Shown here one piece after another: positions 53,767-64,000 of a stretch of DNA of 64,000 nt. Position 1 is the first letter of the stretch, and every line of letters starts with the position of its first letter. The notes beneath the pieces were generated by a model, which was not told the DNA's origin, did not search any database, and saw only the letters and a program-made list of their open reading frames with translations. The stretch is from Octopus sinensis. Taxonomy: Eukaryota. The translations under genes and the position numbers were made by a program. Location of the stretch: the NCBI RefSeq assembly GCF_006345805.1, contig NC_043012.1:58528001-58592000 (forward strand). The letters run 5' to 3'.

Positions 53767-53968
53767 GAACTTCTTTCATTTTCCTTTCTTCTGTCCCAAG
53801 CTATAGCAGATGACACTTACACAAAGTGCTACGCATTGAGAATCAACCCGGAACTATGTGATTGGGACTCAAGCTTCTAACTAAACCGCCACGCCTGTGC
53901 TAATGTTATATTTACATATCTTTGTTTTCGCTTGTTATATGTGGTATATATGATATATATAGATATAT

Positions 53969-54026
<58 letters not shown>

Positions 54027-54094
54027 GTTTATGTTATGTATGTTATATATATATGATAAATAAAAAAATGCGCCCTTTTAAAGTCTAGCCAGAC

Positions 54095-54290
54095 TCATAG
54101 GCCCAGTTTCCCGGTTTCAATGGCGTATGTGTTCCCAGCGGGACGGGACGCCAGTCCATCACAGCGTTACTCATTTTTGCCAGCTGAGTGGAGTGGAGCA
54201 ACGTGAATGGAAGTGTTTTGCTCAAGAACTCAACGGGTCACCCGGTCCAGGAATCGAAACCACAATCTTACGATCAAGCCACGCACCTCA
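54095..54290 (-). mobile_element. SINE family D
   Basis: ggcccagtttcccggtttc tail and ccaggaatcgaaacc B-box region. Confidence 0.75.
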
Positions 54291-54310
54291 ATGTTATATA
54301 TATATATATA

Positions 54311-54679
54311 CTAGCAGTATTGCCCGGCGTTGCTCGGGTTTGTAAGGGAAATAACTATATAAGCATTTTTAGAAAGTTATAGCCAAAAAATAGCAAAAAA
54401 TGCATTAAAAATGGAAAAAAAATGATGGTAAATTTTTTTTAAATCGTTGACTCATTGTAGACATTTTTAGAGAGTTACTTCCCTTATATAATAGCGAAAA
54501 AATGCATTAAAATGGAGAAAATGACTCATCGTAGACGCGCGCTAATACCCAGACGGGCTCGATATGAATCACGACTATAAGATACCCGGTTTTGGTTAAA
54601 CTGCACCGCAAAATGTGGGAGTAGTTAGGAATCTAAATCGTAGGAGACAGACACACAACTTGACTTTTATATATAAAGA
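54311..54679 (-). mobile_element. Non-autonomous Helitron, both termini intact
   Basis: Minus strand A|TCtttatatataaaag...cccgagcaacgccgggcaatactgCTAG|T: canonical TC/CTAG ends, 3' hairpin, A-T target. Confidence 0.9.
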
Positions 54680-55275
54680 TGTGTGTGTGTGTGTGTGTTT
54701 GTTTGTTTTCTCTTGCTATATGTGTTATGTATATGTTATAAAGTAATTCTATATCTTACCAGAGCCGGTTCATATTGTGGTCTGTCATAACGTCATGAAA
54801 ACGCCTACATGTAACGAATGAGCTGGTGATCCTAACATTCAATGGACTATCAAAAGGAAGCGTACTATTAAATTTCATTGTTGCTGTATAACAAATACAG
54901 CCTAACGTTGCAGATATATCCGAATTGATTGTGTAATTGAGTGTTTATAAGAAGATGAATGTTTGAGGTTTGTTTTTATTACATCATCGGTCGCACCCTG
55001 CATCACTGAGGAAGGCACTTAATATCTCCGAAGCAAAACCACAACAGCGTAAATGTATATCATGTGATATCGCAGCGATTGTGGTTTTACAGAGAGCCAT
55101 TATTGTGAAATTAACGGAAGCTTGGTGTTTTAGTTTTAGTTTTTTTTATTTTTTATTGGTAGTCGTATTTCTACTTAGTGTGTAAGTATGGACTCTACTA
55201 AGCTGACTCATACCAAAGAATTGGATAAATGTGTTTGCTGTGCAGAATGGTTCTGACTCATTTCAATGAAAATCA

Positions 55276-55308
<33 letters not shown>

Positions 55309-55483
55309 CACATACACACACACACATACACACACACACACAAACGCATACACACACACACATACAGACACATATATGTACGTATAAATGAATTTGCAAT
55401 TGTACATAAATCTATATATGAACCCACAAATACATACACACATATATACACATACATATATGAATATATTCGCACAAATACAA

Positions 55484-55577
<94 letters not shown>

Positions 55578-55672
55578 GATAGATAGATAGATGTATTTAT
55601 ATGTCTGTGCATATGTATATTATTATTATATATAATTGAGATACACATGCATATATATAAATGCATATATAG

Positions 55673-55762
<90 letters not shown>

Positions 55763-57164
55763 CAGAGGAGCATTTCTGTATTTTTCTCTTGAGAAACACT
55801 GTATTTTTATCGTACTTTAGCTCTTTGCTAAAAATATGATACAATAAATTTTGATAATAATGTTGATAAGGTAAGGTTAACAAAGAAAGCACTACTCCTA
55901 TATTTTTTTCGTTGTTTTACTCAGTTGTTTTTTTTATTTTCTTTATTTTTGCTGTTTTCAGTTTTTAGTGCAATGTGTTTTATTGTTTTGTTTTTGGAAT
56001 TAGAAATATCGTTCGCTTAATTGAATATTCAATAAAATTATATATTAAAACAATAAATTTTGTTTTGTTTGTTTTGTTCTGACGTTTGTTTTGTGTTAAT
56101 CTCCAAGGAATGCTTCATGAATTAATTATAATACAATAGAATGAAATCGACCGAACACTGCGTCTTGGGACTTGAATAGGATCACTTAGGACACATAGAA
56201 AATTATAATAATTTGTTTTACAATCGTATGGTAATGTAAGTCACGTGATGTGTAAGATTATTAATTAATGACAGATCCATTAGAATTGTCGCTCGTTAGC
56301 ATATTAAAAAGTGGATCAACCGTCGAAGTTGATTTTGTTTATTTTTAACATATTTGTAAGTTTTCCTTCAATTCAAAAGATGCTTACCATTCCTTATCAC
56401 CCATGCTGTTTAACCCCAGGTCTGCTGTTAAATCCTAGTCTATGATGAAATACAATCCTTCCATGACTCTATCGCTCTTTGTACACCAAGTACTAGAGTG
56501 TTCAATGTGGTCTTTTGAAATGATATGATGTGATTACAGTCACAATTACCAGTTACTTTGAGGAGTTAGAACTACAAAGTGGAGACTCATCGACATTGTT
56601 TTTTGGTCCCAAGTTAACTAATATTGAAAGATCTCAAAATTAAAGCAAATTTAGATATGGCCCTTTACTCTAAAATATAAGTGTTCTAACGTCATTTTCA
56701 TTTTAAAGGAATAGGGAAAAATGGTTGCTATTTCTCTCAAGTTTCTCTTACACATGTCGGCTTTGCAGTTGTTTAGCGGAAATTATTCTTTTGGAGACCT
56801 AGGTATTTTCTTTTCTTTGCTGTTCTATATGCTTTCCTTTGCTTCTTTCTTCATTACCTTTCATTTTGTAATGTCTTCTGTTTTGCTTTACATTTTAACA
56901 TATCCATACGTCCATTATTGTTTGACACTAAATGATGATAATGATGATGATATACATATACATATATACATGTGTGTGTACGTATGCATATATATATATA
57001 TATACATATATAGATAAATATATAAATATATATATGTGCATATACGTATTGTATATACATGCATACAAACACACAACATATACATACATATATAAAAAAT
57101 ATATTTATATATATATATTATATATATATATATAATATATATTATATATATATATATATTATAT

Positions 57165-57211
<47 letters not shown>

Positions 57212-57214
<3 letters not shown>

Positions 57215-57441
57215 GGCGGCGAGCTGGTAGAAACGTTAGCACAGCCGGGTGAAATTTGTAGCCGTATTTCATCTGTCTTTACGTTCCGAGTTCAAATCCC
57301 GCCGAGGTCGACTTTGCCTTTCATCCTTTCGGGTCGATAAATTAAGTACCAGTTACGCACTGGGGTCGATGTAATCGACTTAATCTGTTGTCTGTCCTTG
57401 TTTGTTCCTTCTGTGTTTAGCCCCTTGTGGGTAGTAAAGAA

Positions 57442-57444
<3 letters not shown>
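57212..57444 (+). mobile_element. SINE family B, full length, inside (TA)n
   Basis: ggcgagctggtagaaacgttag, gagttcaaatcccgcc, gactttgcctttcatcctttcgggtcgataaa, tail gtaaagaaata. Confidence 0.9.
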
Positions 57445-57490
<46 letters not shown>

Positions 57491-57494
57491 CTTC

Positions 57495-57670
57495 TGCCAT
57501 GGTAATGACGCACGTGCTTTCTCGGACTATCCTTTCCTTCTCTCTGGACCTTTTCTCTTCCCTGTTTCTGATGATGAGTCATGCTCGAAACGTCGCACTC
57601 CATTTTTTCCAACTTTAGCTGAGAGCCTGTTTAACACATTCACTGTCATCTTAACTTTTGATTTGTCTAT
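57495..57670 (+). mobile_element. Short PLE-derived element with HHR motif at 57564-57598
   Basis: gttt CTGATGA t gag-tcatg-ctc GAA ACGT C gcac: core intact, stem I weakened; family of 1855-2052. Confidence 0.55.
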
Positions 57671-57671
57671 A

Positions 57672-57710
<39 letters not shown>

Positions 57711-57754
57711 CATACATATATAAATAAATACATACGAACATACATACATCGATA

Positions 57755-58797
57755 TTTGTACCTCCGCCTTAGCGAACGAAGAGATATTGTTTTCAGTCGT
57801 GTTTGTAGGTTTGTTTGTCCGTGGATAATATATCTCAAGAACCACATGAGTTCGGATGAAACTTTCATGGATGTTTGGCCTTGTGTCCGACACGAAACAA
57901 TTAGACTTTGGGATCGATCAGGTACCGGACAAGGAGTCTAGATTATTTGTAATATTTACTTTACTTTACATGAAGTATTACGATCTTACGTTGACTTTCA
58001 AGTCTTTTTCTGATTGTCTCCCTTGAAATCACAATCATGGTTTCGCCGTAAGTTGTAGCGGCGAAGCTTCTTTCCAAAGTTTCGTTTTCGTTTTGCTATT
58101 ATTAATTTTACTCGTGTCTCTATCTTAGTAGAAACTGATGAATAAAGAAATCAAACTACATAAACAAATGGCAGCCAAACCATTCAGAAATTAAATAATA
58201 CTAACATATTCAGTAACAATAATAAATTTAATTTATCCTCGACAATTTTTAGTTTTAACAATTTTGAATATATCGCCTTTGTTTGAAACTTTTTACCGAC
58301 TTGATAATTGCATTTCTAGCACTGTCTTGAAGGAAGCTTTACTTCTTGGACTAACGTTTTTCTGTGCAACAATGTTGATAAACCTCGTTTAACAGTACCG
58401 TATCCAGGTTGTTTCCGTTTCCTTTCACACACGGAAAAACTTTTCTCTATAGAAACTATATTAGTGGATAGGCCAAAAATGCCCTTCATAGAGAAAATTG
58501 TCCCTGTTCTCACTGCAGAAAACACACATATAGCATTAGAAACACAGCCAGCACACCAACCTTCACATTCCATGACTGCCATTGGGATCGATCAGGGTAC
58601 CGGACAAAGATTATGGATAATTTTTCCTCTTTTTTTTTTACTTAATTTGTAAGAGCGGTTCGGTTTACTGTTAGTATTCTCGTTTGTGAGAACAGTCGAG
58701 TTTATTTTAGATATTGTCATTTTAAAAATCATCTCCGGCTGATCATTGAGAGGACTTTGGTGATGCCTTGGTGGAGGTCTGCGCTATCTGGGTGCTC

Positions 58798-58800
<3 letters not shown>
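57755..58800 (+). mobile_element. Helentron/HINE (DINE-1-like) non-autonomous element
   Basis: T-rich start, subterminal IRs acctccgcc (57760-57768) / ggtggaggt (58770-58778), 3' hairpin gcgc...gtgc, T-rich end. Confidence 0.65.
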
Positions 58801-58852
<52 letters not shown>

Positions 58853-59437
58853 ATAGTTGTTACTGGTGATGCCGGCCGTGCTATATATACTGTTGCTGCG
58901 CTCAAGATGTATATGAGCTACGAACATGTACGATCAACCCGTCATTGTTTTCCCTAACATTGCGGAAAGGCTACAAAGAATCATCATCATCATCATCGTT
59001 ATCATCATCATCGTCGATTTCGTTGTCGTAGTCGTCATCATCATCATCATCATCATCATCATCACATCTATCAACAATCGTTTACGATTTGGACATTTCA
59101 CATATTCTAGTCGTTCATCAATCTCCTCGATTTATCAGTGGTCACAGCACCAGTGATGTGTATCACACTTCTGGTCAGTTTTCTGGAAAGAAACTCACGG
59201 AAACATACACATTTCATGCATTTGTATGCAAACCATGATATCCTCAGTATCGAGCAAAATATGGCCGCTTATTTCGTGTTGTTTACCGGGTTCATTAAAA
59301 TGGCGTATTACTCAAATTGCCAATGCGAGAGGCTCTGGTGGCTGCATAGACACTCCAATGGCAGCAGCTGTCATGGACGTAGCAGAGGTCCCAGTTTCTC
59401 AGCCGTAAGGAAGAACTGCCATTATTATATACCGACT

Positions 59438-59635
59438 ATGGCGGCGATAAGGCAGAAAGGTTAGCATGCCGGACGAAATACTCAGTGGTATTTCGTCTGT
59501 CGTTACGTTCTCGCTGAGGTCCACTTTGCCTTTCATCCTTCCGGGCTTGATAAATCATGTACCAATTGCTTACTGGGGTCAATCTAATCGACTAGCCCCA
59601 TCCCCAAAATTTCGGGCCTTGTGCCTAGAGTAGAA
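59438..59635 (+). mobile_element. SINE family B with B-box deletion
   Basis: ggcggcgataaggcagaa head, actttgcctttcatcc body, gggccttgtgcctagagtagaa tail. Confidence 0.75.
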
Positions 59636-60020
59636 CACTCTTTTTACTCTCTTTTCACTTTTACTTGTTTCAGTCATTTCATTGTGGCCATGCTGGACCA
59701 CCGCCTTTAGTCAAGCAATTTGACCCCAGGACTTCTTCCTTGTAAGCCTAGTGCTTATTCTATCTGTCTCTTTTGCATCGGTTGTCAAGCGATGTTGCGG
59801 GGGGGGGGGGGCAAACACAAACACACAATCATATACACACACATACATATATATATACATATATACGACGGGCTTCTTTCAGTTTCCGTCTAGCAAATCC
59901 ACTCACAAGGCTGTGGTCGGCCCGAGGCTATAGTAGAAGACATTTGACAAAGGTGCCACGCAGTGAGAATGAACCATGTGGTTCGTAAGCAAGCTACTAA
60001 CCACACAGCCATTACATGCC
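59636..60020 (-). mobile_element. SINE family A with internal deletions
   Basis: Reverse complement of the family A layout; tail-to-tail with the B SINE. Confidence 0.85.
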
Positions 60021-60032
60021 GATTCTCATATG

Positions 60033-60063
<31 letters not shown>

Positions 60064-61159
60064 TAGATGGAAAATGCTTGCGAATTTTAACTCCTTCCGT
60101 TCTTGTCCAGTCTTCTGCTATGTTCCTATCATCCTTAGGCTTTGCATTACTCAGCCGCGTAGGTTTTTTTATCATCTCGCAAAACTTCTGGCCTGCAATG
60201 TGACGTCTCCCAAGATAATCTATCAGATTGCATAGAATATAAAAACTATGTTTGATGACCTAAAAAACTCATGAGTATATTGAAAATGCATCAAATTCAA
60301 ATTTTGCAGCTCATATTCGGGGATAGAACGATTCCAGAGTATGTAATATAAGCAAATATTTACATGTAGGGCTGAGTGTGATTTCTGGAGATGTTATTTT
60401 TGGTGCGTTTTTACGCCGTCCACTATGGTAATAGAAAGAGCATATCGAAACGTTTCTCCACATATTACACAAGCCTCTCATTGATATAAATGAGTTTAGT
60501 GACCTCTATTATTCTTTCATTTCTTACTCGGCATTGCTATCTGTTGCATAAAATTCTACTAATTGCTTTTTAATCGATCCTTTCGCGATTAAATGAATTT
60601 AATTGCAAGAAGGTCGACGCTGAACAGTATTTCAGATCTGATTGGAATGTACCAGGCGTTAGTAAAAATATAAAGATAAGATCAATAAGGTCAATAACCT
60701 GTATGTTAGAGTGACTAACTTGAAGTGGTGGTCATAAATATGGACAGCCTTTTGGCTACACTCGCAAATATCCTAGACTGCAGTTCCCAAATCATAGCTA
60801 TTTAGGCGGTAGAGACTCGCACCTAACTACACACTGCAACTAATAGATCACGTATTCAGTCTTTCATTTTACTTTCTTTTTTATTTCTTTGTTCTGACAC
60901 ATTCGTAATAATTACAAAATCATCTACCTTATGAAATAACTTATAGCTCACAATCTGTAAACATCTTCACTCACTATCCCCTTACGTTCATTGTGCCTCT
61001 CCAATCAGATCAAGATTTAATGATTTAATCGAAATCCCGTCTATCTATAAGGGCACCTTTGTGATAATTATACAGTCCACCATTTTTCTGCAATTTTGGA
61101 TATTGCCTCTGTTATTTTCACTACATTTGAAATATATATGTATATAAATAGATATTATA

Positions 61160-61212
<53 letters not shown>

Positions 61213-61213
<1 letters not shown>

Positions 61214-61391
61214 CCGGAGTAAACACATAAGTGTGAAACAAGGTGGAAAAAAAGAGTACTCAATTACCAGAGGTAGAGTAATATGCTTTATTTAATAGCA
61301 GCAGAAATTTTTAACAAAACTGTCCGACGAACGGGTACGTTAAACTCCGAGTAACAGCATTTGTTAAACATTTGCTGCTTTTAAATAAAAG
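61213..61391. mobile_element. Mini fold-back PLE-derived element with degenerate HHR
   Basis: About 33-bp inverted arms 61286-61318 / 61360-61391 around ctgt CCGACGA acg-ggta-cgt TAA ACTCCGAGT A acag. Confidence 0.55.
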
Positions 61392-61400
61392 TATATATAT

Positions 61401-61451
<51 letters not shown>

Positions 61452-61489
61452 AAAACATTTTGTTTTCATAATGAGATAAAAAATAAACA

Positions 61490-61660
61490 AGGTTGTTGTG
61501 TAGTTTTAGGACATTTATAGACAGAAGGTCTTACAGCTGTTTCCATGATATTTAGTACATCCCTTCATCGAAGATGGTGTGAGAGGATGGTTAAATAATA
61601 CTTATTTTTGATAAGATACAAAATATAGAATGAGATGGAGAAATAGATGTGATATATACG
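61490..61660 (-). mobile_element. PLE-derived terminal fragment (stem III ACAGCTGT)
   Basis: aaggtcttacagctgtttcc...cccttcatc, homologous to 20375-20430; core degenerate. Confidence 0.55.
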
Positions 61661-61679
61661 TATATATATATATATATAT

Positions 61680-62092
61680 AAGTACATTAAAAGGCCTCTA
61701 AAAGAAGAAGCAAGTACTAGATCACAAAAAGTAGATAAATTCAATGAAATAAAAACAAAAACGTTTACAAACTCGGCTCATCTTATACTGCAGTTTCGTC
61801 TTTTTTTAGCAGTAAATATAATTTATCTGCCAAGGCTAGACTCTGAAAAGTTAGAGAATGCAAGTCGCTAGAACCGCACATGTTTCTAACGAAATGTACT
61901 TCTAGGATAACAAAGGCTGCTTACTGAAGAGTCTAGCCTTGGCAGATAAATTATATTTATGCTAAAAAAAAGACGAAAACTGCAGTATAAGATGAGCCGA
62001 GTTTGTAAACGTTTTTGATTTTATTCATTGAATTTATCCACTTTTTGTGATCTAGTACTTGCTTCTTCTTTTTAAGGCCTTTTAACGTACTT
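61680..62092. mobile_element. Fold-back element with about 165-bp inverted arms, TA-flanked
   Basis: 61680-61844 vs 61928-62092: a few substitutions and indels; 83-bp spacer. Confidence 0.8.
61920..61991 (+). ncRNA. Hammerhead motif with 36-nt loop II (stem III ACTGCAGT)
   Basis: ctta CTGAAGA gtct [36 nt] agac GAA (a) ACTGCAGT A taag; the extra A is absent in the opposite arm. Confidence 0.65.
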
Positions 62093-62235
62093 ATATATGA
62101 ATAACATATAGCCTAATGGCCAACATGTCTTTTGTGCTAGATCACCGGTAATAATAATTTATTTTATTACCTTTTTACTATGTTTATATATATATATATG
62201 TATGTATGTGTGTGCGTGTGAGTGTGTGTGTGTGT

Positions 62236-62264
<29 letters not shown>

Positions 62265-62267
<3 letters not shown>

Positions 62268-62433
62268 TTCTCACCCGCACTATTGCATGACAACTGGGAA
62301 AAGTTCGGGAAAGGGACCGATAGAATAAGTACTAGGCTTACAAAGAATAAGCCCTGGGATCCATTTGTTCGAATAAAGTCGGTGCTCCAGCATGGCCGCA
62401 GTCAGATGACTGAAACAAATAAAAGAATAAAAG
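62265..62433 (+). mobile_element. SINE family A, 3' half
   Basis: gaccgatagaataagtactaggcttacaaagaataag...ggtgctccagcatggccgcagtc. Confidence 0.8.
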
Positions 62434-62870
62434 GATATATATATATATATTGATGGATCTTGCTTCAAGGTACAGTTCTGAGGAAGAACAAAAAACAAAA
62501 ATATCAAATACCGAGCAAAGTGCTGGGGACAAAACCACACGGATGTGTCAAAGAAACGGCAATGAGCAATGCAGTTTATTTGAAATAATATAAATTCCGT
62601 GGAGTAGATGGGGGGACAGTTATGTAAGAAGAAGAATCGGAAGAAGGAGGAAGAAGAAGAAGAAGAAGAAGAAGAAGAAGAAGAAGAAGAAGAAGAAGAA
62701 GAAGAAATGACAAGACAGTTCAATAGTAGGCAAACAATATTGAATAATGTTGCTGAGTGAAGGCTAGCGTAAGACGATTGAGAATTTCTTTTGTATTCAG
62801 TCCATAATGACCACAAGTGAATGCATATATATATATATATAATATATATATATATATATAATATAAATAC

Positions 62871-62946
<76 letters not shown>

Positions 62947-63509
62947 ATATATATATATAATATTGTATTAGACATATACATTGTGTGCGTATGTCTTTAT
63001 GAGCGTTTGCATATGTATTTTGCAATTCAGAATACACATACGTACACTTGTATGTGTATGTGTCTCTTTGTGTGTGTGTGTGTATGTATGTGTGCGCGCC
63101 CACATATGTATATATACGTTTCTGTTATGTACGTGTATTTACATACATATGTTTGACTTTGGAATAACGTCGACGCTCTGTTGCTAATATTTGATCGTTA
63201 TAAAAGGACCAGCTCGCTCTGGGAGCTAAAATATTTATGGGTAATTGCGCATAAATGTTGTATGATAGCTAATAAGTTAAACATACGAGAAGTGTCATTT
63301 CAAGCAAACAATTTGAAGATAATTCCTTAACCGTGTATAATATGAGGTGCTATACTGACTGAATCATTGTGGATTCACACATAAATAGACGTCTATATAA
63401 ATAGCATGTTGTACAATCTCCAAGCCGCTATAATCACCAACGTATCAATGAATACGTAAACATACATACAGTAAACAAATAGCCTCAGATTATAGGTCTA
63501 TGTATCAAC

Positions 63510-63565
63510 ACTGGTGTGTATATATATATATATATATATATGGTGTGTGTGCGGTGTGTGTACAG

Positions 63566-63644
<79 letters not shown>

Positions 63645-63892
63645 ATCTGTATATATACACATATAGAAATATATAGAATGATATATATATATATATATTT
63701 TATATATATATGTATATAATAATTATGTGATGTATGCTTACTTATATATATATATATGTATATGTATATATATATGTGTGTATATGTATATACAATAGAG
63801 TGTTTGTGTATCTATATGTATATAGATATGTATATATATGTATATATGTATATATATTCTTATATAAGTATATATGTATATATATGCATATT

Positions 63893-63923
<31 letters not shown>

Positions 63924-64000
63924 ATACATAATTATTTATTTATATGTATGTATATGCAAGTATGCATGCATGCATGTATGTTTGTATATAAATATATATG
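63510..64000. repeat. (TA)/(TG)/(TACA) compound microsatellite
   Basis: Direct inspection. Confidence 0.95.

Noticed and set aside
59226-59408. 60-aa ORF ending near a GTAAGG donor-like site
   Set aside because: No recognisable homology and no convincing acceptor; needs RNA-seq.

Overview
Eukaryotic, very AT-rich, repeat-saturated intergenic or intronic DNA with one 100-N scaffold gap (47534-47633). The repeat spectrum looks like an Octopus (coleoid cephalopod) genome; this is an inference from repeat types, not a database match. I find no supportable host protein-coding gene. Nearly all ORFs in the track are translations of microsatellites or SINEs. Real coding signal is limited to decayed transposon genes: Penelope-like (PLE) RT/GIY-YIG remnants at 40925-42240, 27355-27735 and 34030-35050, a hAT-type transposase at about 45100-46250 and a possible mariner tail. 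The window also holds four tRNA-headed SINE families (my labels A-D), two Helitrons, a Helentron/HINE-like element and two mariner-type MITEs. The main unexplained signal is a set of about a dozen minimal type-I hammerhead-ribozyme (HHR) motifs, intact or degenerate, in short PLE-derived elements. They use at least five different self-complementary stem-III sequences (ACGT, ACAATTGT, ACAGCTGT, ACTCGAGT, ACTGCAGT). Several sit in inverted-repeat (fold-back) insertions whose 3' ends point outward, often into (TA)n tracts, and one SINE shows the same geometry. Alignments were done by eye; element boundaries are approximate unless an exact motif is quoted.
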